Made by a program: the position numbers and the translations under genes | Source: the human T2T-CHM13v2.0 reference genome, Homo sapiens | DNA length: 64,000 nucleotides | NCBI RefSeq assembly: GCF_009914755.1 | Contig: NC_060936.1 | Reading direction: 5' to 3' (one strand) | The notes under the pieces: model-generated | Told to the model about the DNA's origin: nothing | Databases searched by the model: none | Seen by the model: the letters and a program-made list of their open reading frames with translations, nothing else | Part shown: piece by piece, positions 38,925-52,630 of the stretch | How the letters are laid out: each line of letters starts with the position of its first letter | How positions within the stretch are numbered: position 1 is the first letter of the stretch

Positions 38925-39362
38925 CTGTTGAAAACTGTGAAGGCTCTGAGGTTTATCCTACTCGCAGACTAACAAGTTAACTCCCCATAGTTTGATGGTT
39001 GCCATCAAAAGACATGAGACTCCTGGGTAAGACAGAAATGACTTTACAACTCATGGCACAGCAAGCTTTACAAGCTTCATGTTTGTGCAGGTTCTCTTTG
39101 TTTCCCAAGTCCCACTGGGGAGATGCCGAGAAGCCCAGGTGGATGGTGAGTATGCAATAAATTTGTATCACACAGAGGGACTCTGAGCTTAGAAAACTCC
39201 AATCTTTTAAAGGGGTGCTTTTTCCTCTCCTATAAGGGAGACTTCCAAGACTGTTTGCTATATAAACATTCTTGAAAAGATAGTCTGGAACAAAATCTGT
39301 CAATTCCTCTGCTCAGAAGATATGTAGAAATGTGAGAGACCCATGGAGAATTTTCTTCCAAA
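38925..39362 (-). mobile_element. LTR40-like ERVL solo LTR
   Basis: aactgtgaaggctctgag...taacaagttaac...gacatgagactcctggg...gagacccatggagaatt. Confidence 0.7.
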
Positions 39363-42300
39363 GTAATCTTTCATCTCTCCAGGTCATGGTAAACTGCCAA
39401 AATAGTATTATATTTTAAAAAACCTCCTTATACTTAGCAAAAATACCTGTAATTGTTCTCTATTAGCTAGACAAAATATAAACTCCTTAGCAGAGCATCA
39501 AGAAGATTAAATATTGGTTTCCCAACTAACCTTTATAATCTTAATCCTAAAACTTCCCAACATGTATCATTCATACCAACCAATACAAACCTTTGTGCTC
39601 TTTTTCTTGTTTAACTAGTTCTATATTTCATTCCTTCCAGCCTCTCTGTCTCAAATGCTATGCCCATATTAACAACTTCATTGATACAATGAGACCTATT
39701 TGTTCAGGCATTAAACCAAATGGTACCTCTCACATAAGACATTTTTAAATGAATCCCTTCCTTCTCCAGAACTCTTCTAGCACTTTTTTTTCCCATAACT
39801 CAATTTAAGTATACTTTATAAAGTTGTCTATTTGCATTTTCTCTCTATTAGTGTGCAAAAAACTAGGGCCTATATCTCAATTTTGTTTTTCTTACACTAA
39901 GAACTATGTCTAGCAAATATTGAGTGAATGAAAGAATACATAAATATTGTGATTTTTGTATTTTCCTAAGGAATTTCTAGAGAGAGAAGATGGTATAATT
40001 TTAATAAACAATCATCTTCTATCAATAAAACAACTGTTTCTCAACTCTCCAACTTTTTTTCATCACTACAATAATCAGAGATTTTTTTAGACCTTCCTGG
40101 TATTTTAGGACACAACCCAGTGCTTCCTTTTATTAAACCTGCTGCAACATTTTAACTGAATGTGAAAGTAGAAAAGCAAAATAAAAAACTGCATTCTGGC
40201 TTGTCAACATCCCTCATTTTATCTCTTTTATCTCCACTAAAATCCTTCCTCAACTTTCCTAACTGTTTGACATCCTTTGAGTGCTTTCATATAAGCATTG
40301 CTTGTCATGAAGTCACCTTGCACAACCCAGCCCTCCCAAGAAGAGGGCAGGTTTCAATTAAGCTAACAGACAGCAGGGTGATAACAGTGTCCACTGGGAT
40401 CAGAATAACACAATGTTTTCAAGAATGAAGGGTTTATAACTTTCTCCAGAAACTAACAAGCAAGGCAGCTCGGCTTGCAAGGAAGACAAGATGGCTCCAT
40501 CACAGAGACTGTAAAGGGGCAAAACAAGGGTGAAAACTAGCTACTCAGAGATGCAAACCAAAGGCTTTTGGCAAAAGCATGGACTTTATTTTCACAAAAT
40601 TCTGGGTTTTAAAGTATTTGCTTTTTACCAGCTCAGAGAAATTTGTTATTTTGTCTCTTCAACAAATATCTTTTAAATCCCTAATAAGACAATAGTCAAC
40701 AGAGCAAAAGCAATCTCAGTCCTGGTAGATTTTGCAGTCTAGCAGGGCATAGATGGAAAGCAAATAAGCAAGCAAATCAATTTATATTTATGAATTAAGT
40801 GCCATGAAGGAAAAGCACAAGGTGTCAGGAAAGTTGTTTGTAAAAAGCTACCTAGATTGCATGGTCTAGAAAGCCTCCTATTGGGAGGTAGCTTTACTTG
40901 ATAAGAAAAATAAGAAGCCAGTCATGCAAAGAGCATGGAGGGACTGGGAGGAGGAGGGAACAATTAATCAGGGAAAGTAAAAGTATTTTACCTCATCAGC
41001 AAAATGGGTGTTCTTATGAGAGTTTACATATAAAGGGTTTGGCACAGTTCTGATGCATTGTAAATGCTCAGCAAGTGATGGTTCTTGTTATTGCTATGGC
41101 TATTGACCTTATATACTTTTTAACCAATCTTTAAAAGCCTACAGATCACTGATCAATCTTTTAAACACCAATAGACACTTAAATAATAAGCATCAGCAGT
41201 TACATCTTTAAAAAAGAGGGAAATATGTAGAACATTATATACAACATAGAGAAAATCTCATAAGAAACTCAGTATCCTCACTAATGTATATGCTGATAAT
41301 TAGGAATTTTACATTTGTTCTCTGAAGCAAGTGAAAATGTAATTGAAATGTAAGCAGGCAAAATGTTTAATTTAATGAAGAAAACCTGTTGTTTTTGAGC
41401 AGCTTTAACCATGTACACTTGCATACAATTAATGTGTTGATTACAAATGACTTGAGTTTTATTTTATCATTAAAGCATGGCAAGTAAGACCTTATTCTGT
41501 AACACTTGACCTTTGCAAATTTGCATTTCTTGACAAAGTTTGCCATACATAAATAATGCCACTAACTTAGACTGATTATTTTCTTCAGTTAGTCCAAATT
41601 AGAGGTTTTTTTGTGTGGTCAGTTCTAAATTTACCTGCTTTCCTTTAGTAGCTTTTTATAATTTATACTTTATCATTTTCCAGAAGGTAATGGATCCAAT
41701 TAAGGTGGACTTTTCATGGTTAAACGACCTTTGTAATAGTTATAATTTGATAAAGATTGAAAAGCTGTTCAAGATATAATTTTCTTTACTTTATTATTCT
41801 GCCAAATCTTCCTTTCTATAATCCTTAAGACTATCCCTACATTTCTGATTCCATATGCGCAGAGCTCCATAAGGGCCCCATATGATTCTCTACATACTTA
41901 AAAAGATTTTTGTCTTTGTTGTCTGCCTCATGGGAGGAGATAAGTTGTTATAAAAGTTGTGCAAATTTTAGCACAAAAGACCTAGAAACCAGCCTCCCAT
42001 TAGACAAAAAGCCCCAAACTTGGCCTTACATGACTAATGTGTTTTATTAATTTTGAATGATAATCTTGATGTCCCACAGAAAGGATGGTTTCAGATCACG
42101 TCTAGAGTGTGTCCTTTACAGTTTGTCATGTAAAATATTTTGAAATGTATAAGATCGTCATGAGATAAGTGTCGAGCAATGTTAAAGGGTAATTTTCAAA
42201 ATAAGGATAATATCATGGATTTCATACAGATGTCAAGTGAGTTTGTATTAGAGATTTTATTTAACTCATTATTAGTGAGGGCATTGGTAAGAGGTTACAA

Positions 42301-42859
42301 GCAATTCAAAGGAGAATTCAAAGAAAAACAATTTGTAGGTCAAGTTTATTGAAATGGAGGCAAAAGTCTTGCTACTTCCATAATAAGTAAAAAAGGCAAT
42401 TGAATCTCTACTGGGCTGAATCTAGTTGAATGTCCAAAACAACAATTATCATTCATTTCTATCAATTATCTACAGTTTACAGAATTGTAAAATAGCTCAA
42501 AGTCAATGAAAGCCCAGAGCCTCCATAAAATCAGAATCAGATAACCTAGAAGAGATTGTTTTAACCAATTCAGTTTTCCAATGAAGCACAAAATTTTCCC
42601 TACAACATAAATAGTACATATACTTTCCACTGTTGTTAACAAACTCATTCATCCACAAACATATACTGATATCTTCCTATATGCAACACAGAAGGCTAGT
42701 CTCTGGGGACACAGAAGTGAATCATATATAATCTCTATCCTCGAAAAGCCTAAAATACCACAAGGAGAGACATATGCAAACAAATGAGGGTAAAAAGTGT
42801 CAGAGGAGTTATAATAAAGGTTTATACAGAACAGAGTAGTAAAAGGAATAATGAATAAG

Positions 42860-43102
42860 CTTCAGTATGTGCTTTATGCCTGTAATTGTTCTAAATGCTT
42901 CTCATACGGTTGTTTCCTTTAAACTTCATAGCTCCATGTGGTAAGTTCAATTTCAAACCCATTTTACAAATAAGGAATCTGAGGCACAAGGGAATTAAAT
43001 AAATACATCCAAGATCCCACATATCCTACATGGTAGAGCCAGAATTTAGGCCTAAATCTGATTCTAGAGCCCATACTCCAATCTCTGTACTGTACTATCC
43101 TC
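42860..43102 (-). mobile_element. MIR
   Basis: cccattttacaaataaggaatctgaggcac...ggtagagccagaattt. Confidence 0.75.
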
Positions 43103-43419
43103 CCATAAAAGATAGAGTACTTCATTTTACCTTGGGTGAGGGGTGGGGGTAGGAAACTGGAGGAGAAATCTAAGATGAATTTTAAAAGATGACTGATGTG
43201 CATCTACAGGTTGGAACAGGGGCTTTCCAGAAAGAGAGCCACATGGGCCAATGTACCAAGACCTGCCTTGCTCTGAAAGGTCACAGAGCACCTTTCAGGC
43301 CAAACTAAAAATGTTTATATGTATGATGAATGAAAAACTGACAAAGAATTTAAAGCTAGAGAGAAACATGATCCATTTTGCTTTTTAAAAAGAACTATGG
43401 TTTGATTGTTGTTTTTTTC

Positions 43420-46400
43420 CCCCCAAGATGGTAGATGGGAGGCATTGTTAGTATGCCTCTCCCACTTGCAAAGACAAAATAGAGTGTAGAGATTCACACT
43501 GTGAGCTTTTTTTCCAAGAAGCAACACAGGAACTTAACAGGAAAACTGAAAGAAAGCACAGATGCTTTGAAAGAAGCTCCCTACATGGAGCATCAACATT
43601 CTTGCAGATGAAAAAAGGGTCTTTCTGATCTGAATACCCAGAACACTGGGTCAGGAGTATGAATGACAGGTGGATGACTATCTAGCTGGCCTGGCAGGGG
43701 AGCTGAGGTGGCTCCCTCCCTTCCCCATGAAAGCTCCCCAGCCACCTCTGTTAAGGCTGCAACATCTGCCAACCATTGGGTATTGCATTTACCCACCTGC
43801 TTTAGCCACAACTGGCTTTAACCAATGGACATCTCCCCTACTGGCCTGAAGCCTGAACCATTCAACCACATTAGTAAAATCCTGAGGGAAAAATAACAAA
43901 TAAATAAATGTACACCACTGGAGAAGAAGATAAACATATCAAGATACCTCTGCAATTCCAACCCCACAGGAGACAGTGAACCTGCTCACACACCTACCAC
44001 GTTGCCACTGTCACCAGCATCTGAGAAAGACATCATACAAAGACTCTCTATAACCAAGAAACTCATACAGAGTCTTTACAACCCTGCAAGCACCAAGAGC
44101 CAAATTAGGCCACATTAAATTATAAACAATAAGGTCACATCCTCAAAGGGAAAAAATAGTGAAAAAACTACAGCCAAATAAAAAATAAAATCAGGAATAA
44201 CTAGAAATAGTCTACCCAAATGAGGAGTCAGAAAAATAATTCTGGTAGGAGACAGATTATCCAGACACAAAGTCAACAAAGAAACACTAGAGTTAAACTA
44301 AACTCTAGCAAACAGACCTAATCAATATTTACAGAACATTCTACCCAAGATCTGCAAAGCATACTTTCATCTCATCAGCATATGGAACATTCTCCAAGAT
44401 AGATCACACATTCTAGGACACAAAACAAGTCTCAATAAATTTTTAAAAATGAAAGTCATATCAAGTATCTTCTAAGACCCAGTGAAATAAAACTAGAAAT
44501 CAACACCAAAAGGAGCCCTCAAAACTATACAAATACATAGAAATTAAACAATCTGCTCCTGAATGATTTTAGGGTTAACAATGAAATCAAGATGAAAATT
44601 GAAAAATTCTTCTAAATAAATGATAATGTGTCACAAGTTATCAAACCTCTGGGATACAGCAAAAGCAGTGCTAAGAGGAAAGTTTATAGTGCTAAGTACC
44701 TACATCAAAAAGTTCAAAAGGGCCAGGTGCAATGGCTCACGTCTGTAATCCCAGCACTTTGGGAGGCTGAGGCGAGTGGATCACGAGGTCAGGAGTTCAA
44801 GACCAGCCTGTCCAAGATGGTGAAACCCCATCTCTCTAAAAATACAAAAATTAGCCAGGTGCAGTGGCAGGCACCTGTAATCCCAGCTACTCAGGAGGCT
44901 GAGGCAGGAGAATCGCTTGAACCCAGGGAACAGAGGCTGCAGTGAGCCAAGATTGTGCCACTACACTCCAGCCTGGGAGACAGAGTAAGACTCTGTCTCA
45001 AAAAAAAAAAAAAAGGTTCAAAAGATCACAGATTCACAACCTAATGTCATGCCTCAAGGAACTAGAGAAACAAGAACAAACCAAACTGAAAGCTAGCAGA
45101 AGAAAAGAAATAACAAAGATCAGAGCAGAACAAAATTAATTTGAAACAAAAAGTACAAAAGATCAATGAAACAAAAAGTTGGTTCTTTGAAAAAATAAAC
45201 TAAATTTGATAGATTAACAAAGAAAAGAGAGAAGATTCAAATAAGTTCAACTAGAAATGAAAATGGAGACATTAAAACCAACACCACAGGAAAAAAAAAT
45301 ACAAATATTATTGAAGTCTACTATGAACACTTCTATGTATACAAACTAGAAAATCTAAAGGGAATGGATAAATTCTTGGAAACACAACTCTTCTTGATTG
45401 AAGCAGGAAGATATGGAAATCCTGAACAGACAAAAATGAGTAGTGAGATTGAATCAGTAATAATAATAATAATAATAATAAAAAGTTGCCAACAACAACC
45501 AAAAAACCCAGGGCTAGATGGATTCACAGCTGAATTCTACCAGATATTGAAGGGAGAATTAGTACCAATCCCACTGAAACTACTCCAAAAGAGTGAGAAA
45601 AAGGGAATCCTCCCTAACTAAGTCTATCAAGTCAGTGTCACTCTGATACCAAAACTAGGAAAGGACATTACAAAAAAAAAGAAAGCTATAGACCAATTTC
45701 CCTGATGAACATCGGTACAAAAATTCTCAACACAATACTAACACATCGAATCCAACATCACATTAAAAAGATAATATACCATAATCAAGCACGTTTCATC
45801 CCAGGGATGCAGGGATGTTTTAACATACACAAGTCAATAAATGCAATATATCACAAAAACAGAATTAAAACCAAACTATATGACCATCTCACTAGATTCA
45901 GAAAAAGCATTTGATAAAAGCCATCATCCATTCATGATAAAAAAAAAAACCTCAACAAACTAGGCACAGAAAGAACATACCTCAAAGTAATAAAAACTCT
46001 GTATGACAAGCATAAAGCCAACATCATACTGAATGGGAAAAAGTTGAAAGCATTCCCCCTAAGAACTAAAATAAGACAAGGACACCTACATTCACTTCTA
46101 TTCAACAGAATACTGGAAGTCCTAGCCAGAGCAATCAGACAAGAGAAAGAAATTAAAGGTGTTCAAATTGGAAAAGAGGGAGTCAAACTATCTCTGTTGG
46201 CTGATGATATTCTCATATATCTAGAAAACCCTAAAGACTTGTCCAAAAGACTTCTAGATTTGATAAATGAATTCAGCAAAGTCTCAGGTTACAAAATCAA
46301 TGTACATAAATAGGTAGCACTTCTATACACCAAAAATGACCAAGCTGAGAATCAAATCAATAACTCAATCCCTTTTCTGATAGCTGCAAAACATAAAATA

Positions 46401-48303
46401 AAATACCTAGGAATATACTTAACCAAGGAGGTGAAAGATCTCTACAAAGAGAACTATAAAACACTGCTGAAAGAAATCATAGATGACACAAACAAATACT
46501 TTCATCTCATCAGCATATGGAACATTCTCCAAGATAAATCATACACTCTAGGACACAAAACAAGTCTCAATAAATTTTTAAAAATCAAAGTCTCAATAAA
46601 TTTTTAAAAATGAAAGCATGGGAAATACATCCCATGCTCATGGATTAGAAGAATCAATATTGTGCAAATGTACTATTCAAAGCAATCTACAAATTCAAAG
46701 CATTTCCTATCAAAATACCAACATCATTTTTTCACAGAATTAGAAAAAACAATCATAAAATGCATATGGAATCAAAAAAGAGCTCAAATAGCCAAAACGA
46801 TCCCAAGCCAAAACAACGACAACAACAACAACAACAAAGCAAATTTAGAGGCATCACATTATCACATTACCTGACTTCAAATTATACTACAAGGCTATAG
46901 TTACCAAGACAGCATGGCACTGGTATAAAAGTAGATACATAGACCAATGGAACAGAATAGGAACACAGAAATAAAGCCAAATACTGCAACCAACTGATCT
47001 TCAATAAAGCATACAAAAACACAAATTGGGGAAAGCACATCCTATTCAATAAATGGTTCTGGGAAAACTGAATAGCCATATATACGAGAATTACACTAGA
47101 CCCCTATCTCTCACTACATACAAAAATCAACTCCAGGTGTATCAAAGACTTAAATCTATGACCAGAAAGCATAAAAATTCTAGAAGAAAACCTAGAAAAA
47201 ACTCTTCTGGACATTGGCCAGAAAGGAATTTATGACTAAGGCCCCAAAAGCAAATGCAACAAAAACAAAAATAAAGAAATGGGACCCATTTAAATTAAAA
47301 AGCCTCTTTGCATGGCAAAACAAATAATCACCAGAGTGAACCATCAACCCAGCAAGTGGGAGAAAAGGTTTGCAAACTATGCGTCTGACAAAAGACTAAT
47401 ATCCAGAATCTACAAGGAACTCAAACAAATCAGTGAGAAAAAAATAATCCCACCAAAAAGTGGGCAAATGACATACATAGATTTCTCAAAAGAAGACATA
47501 AAATAGGCCAACAAATATATGAAAAAATGCTCAACACCATTTGTCATCAGGGAATTGCAAATTAAAACCACAATGCAATACCACCTTACCTCAGCCAAAA
47601 GGGCCATTATTAAAAACTAAAAAAAAAAAAAAAAAAAAAAAGATCTTGGTGTGGATGTGGTGAAAAGGGAACACTTACACACTGCTGGTGGGAATGCAAA
47701 TTAGTACAACCTCTATAGAAAACTGTATGGAGATTTCTTAAATAACTAAAAATAAATCTACTATTCAATGCAGCAATCCCTCTACTGGGTAGTTAGCCAA
47801 AGGGGGAAAAAAAGTCATTATATCAAAAAGACACCTGAATGTGTATGTTTATCACAACACAATTCACAATTGCAAATATATGGAACCAACTTAAGTGCCC
47901 ATCCACTGATGAGTAGATTAAGAAAATATGGTGTAGATAACCATGGATTACTACTCAGCCACAAAAAAAGAATAAAATAATGTCTTTTGCAGCAACTTGA
48001 ATGGAACTGGATGCCATTATTCTAAGTGAAGGAACTCAGAAAGGGAAAATTAAATATTGTATAATCTCGCTTATAATTGGGAGCTAAGCTATGGGTACAC
48101 AAAGGCATACAGAGTGGTATAATGTACTTTGGAGACTTAGGATGGGGGAGGGTGGGAGGAGAGTGAAGAATAAATATATACCTGTTGGATACAATGTACA
48201 CTACTCAGGTGATAGATGCAATAAAATCTCAGACTTTATCACTGTACAATTAATCTATGTAACCAAAAATCACTTCTACCCTAAAAGCTATTTAAATAAA
48301 TAA
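43420..48303 (+). mobile_element. L1PB-type LINE-1 with both ends present; ORF1 and start of ORF2 deleted at ~44248
   Basis: 5'UTR ccaagatgg...; degenerate ORF2 pieces (45364, 45705, 46044 with RT motif LLADDILIY, 47312); L1PB 3'UTR; flanking gaactatggt at 43392 and 48307 as TSD. Confidence 0.88.
44721..45014 (+). mobile_element. AluS inserted in L1PB
   Basis: Full Alu; TSD aaaaag(g)ttcaaaag. Confidence 0.92.
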
Positions 48304-48356
48304 TTTGAACTATGGTCTTTATTCTTAAAATGGCAATATGGATGATGGATTACAGA

Positions 48357-48498
48357 CTACAGAGAGAACTGTAAAACACTGCTGAAAGAAATCATAGATG
48401 ACACAAACAAATGGAAATACATCCTATGCTCATGAATTAGAAGAATCACTATCATGCAAATGACCATACTATCTAAAGCAATCTACAGATTCAATGCA
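48357..48498 (+). mobile_element. Isolated 140-bp L1 ORF2 fragment matching ~46442-46700
   Basis: ctacagagagaactgtaaaacactgctgaaagaaatcatagatgacacaaacaaatggaaatacatcc..., with no poly(A) tail. Confidence 0.85.
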
Positions 48499-50406
48499 TT
48501 AAGAATTGCATTGGGATAATCATTAAGAAACTATGGGAATAGGGCAGATAATGACCTAAACCAAGGCAGTAATACTGGAGAGGTAGAGGAGCAATACGCA
48601 CACACACACATATGCACACACACACACACACATTGACACACACAGAACATGAAGGAAGTGAAGGAAGTATAGTTTATAGAACTCAGATATAGGGCTATCA
48701 TAGACCACTGATTTTAAAATGACATATAATAAGCTTTCTATTTTAAGTTATAGGAGATGCCATACTATTCATTGAGGTTGAAAAAAAAAAGTAAGAAGAA
48801 ACAGATTTGTTGGAAATATGAGCTTGATTACGGACGCGTTGAGTTTGAAGTGAAAACATCCAGAAGAAAGTTGGATATTAAGCAGAAGAGCCCAAGCAAA
48901 AAGTCTAAACACTGATGAAGATTCACGAATCTTGAATACCAAGGGGGTAGATGAAGCCATAAAAAGAAATCAAATTACCCTAGGCAGGCAGAAAAGTCAG
49001 AAGAGAAAAGAGAGAACATTGAGGCACATCAACAATAAAAGTATAGACCAAGAAAGACCTGTGATGAGACCAGGAAGGAAGAGAAGTAGGGGATTCGAAA
49101 GCAAGTGAGTTATGAATCATAGGGAGGAAAATGGTTTTCAAGGAAGATGGAAATTATTAGTTTCAAATACCACAGATAAGACAAGTCCTGTGGAGGCCTG
49201 AGTCATCAGTTCCCTTGCCAGAGTGGTTTCAGCAGTATGAAGTGCAGTTGGAGAAGTTACCTGAAAAGTGAGTGGGCATAGCTGGGTAAAGGTAGCAGAA
49301 TGAAACCATTCATTTACCCATCCTCTCTTCTATATCCACCCACCTAACAGTAAAGGAATTTTTAAAACCCTTACCCTGTGATGGACAAAGCAAACAGGAG
49401 AGGAAAACAATTTTTGGAAGCTGGAAAACTGACAGATGAGTGGTAGATGATTTAACAAAGTGAAGAAAGTTGTATTCTCAACCAACAATGAGGAAAGCTA
49501 AGCAACCAATTTGCACCCCAGATCTCCCACCCAACTCTTCTGGAAATAATGGCACCAGATGTTGATGCCACTGGGATTTTGATGGAAGACAGGATTAAAA
49601 ACAGAAGGATTATTTGAAAGTTTATTTAAAAAGCACTCAGACTCCAAATGGCCTCTCTTCTCCAGTAGACAGGCTTCCACTTTATGGAAAACTAGAGATT
49701 TATAGTCAGCAGAAAATGAAAAAAAAATAATTACGTGAGAAGACACAGTCCTTGGTTGTGTACCATACTGAATTCAGTGAGTTTTAAAGGAAATTTTCAT
49801 ACTCAATGTTGAAACCTTCAGCCCTCTTCCTATCTCTGTCCCAGAAAGCTGGTATCCAGAATTACAGCTTCCAGGCAGGAGACTAAAAGAGTCTTCACCA
49901 GTGATTCTGATCAGCCTAAGGAAAAAAGACCTAAAAATACTGATATCTGGGATTCCCCAAAAAACAGCTGAAACAGCCAAAACCTGACCACAAAAATCAA
50001 GCCCATAGTTCACAAGCCAGAACTCACCCACTCTTACAGAGCTTTCCATCAGCTTTACAGTGTTACAACCTGAAACATAAACAGATAGTCACAGATCACC
50101 AGACAACTAAAGAAAACATCTAACATGCAAGGCAGAAAACAAAACAAGCAGCAAATAATCATCCATGCAGGGAGGTGAAAACTACAAAAAACTACCATTA
50201 ACATAGTCAGAGATAAGGTTGATTACATCTGAAATAGAAGCAGAATATTATAAGTAAATAAAGGGAATAATCAAGAATAACAAAGAGCTCTTGGAAAAAT
50301 AAAAATATATTTGTAGTAATAAAAATCTCAGAAAAGGGGTTTGAAGATATGGGGGACCTCTCCTATAAAGTAGGGCAAAAGACAGAGATCAAAAATAGAG
50401 AAAAGA

Positions 50407-50694
50407 GGTTGAGTGTGGTGGCTCATGCCTATAATTCCTGCACTTTAGGACACCAAAGTGGGGGCATCACTCAAGCCTAAGAGTTCAAGACCAGCCTGAG
50501 CAACATAGTAAGACCCTGTTTCTACAAAATTAAAAAAAAAAATTATCCAGGCATGGTGATGCATGCCTGTAGCCCCAGCTACGTCTACTCAGGAGGCTGA
50601 GGAAGGAGGATTGCGTGAGCCCAGGAGGTCAAAGCTGAAGTGCACCAGCACCAGCCTGGGCCACAGAGTGAGATCACAGAATGAAACCCTGTTT
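50407..50694 (+). mobile_element. AluJ with (CA)n/A-rich tail
   Basis: gagcaacatagtaagaccctg, ggattgcgtgagcccaggagg. Confidence 0.88.
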
Positions 50695-51020
50695 CACACA
50701 CACACACACACACAAAAGAGAGTGATAGAGGGAGAAAGAAAAGAAAAGAGAAAAGAAAAAAAAAAGAAAAGAAAATTAGAGAATCAAAGGTGTCCAATAT
50801 TCAAATAGTAGAAGTTTCAGAAAGAATAAATAGAGAAAATGGAGAAAAGGAAAGCATTAAAGAACAAATCCAAGAACAATTCCTACATTGAAAGCATACA
50901 CTGATTGCCCAGAACAACAGATAAAAATGTACCCACATCAAGGCAGATCCTGAGAAGTTTCAGAACACTTGTATGAATATTTAAAACATAAGTAAAGTCA
51001 CATAAAATAGAGCGGCCTTA

Positions 51021-52628
<1,608 letters not shown>

Positions 52629-52630
52629 CA

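Noticed and set aside
42020-42470. Possible old interspersed repeat
   Set aside because: Looks repeat-like, but I cannot assign a family from sequence alone.
44220-44290. ORF1-to-ORF2 jump in L1PB as a spliced, retrotransposed L1
   Set aside because: The junction ttctggtaggagacag keeps both the GT and the AG, so it is not a clean splice; a genomic deletion is more likely.
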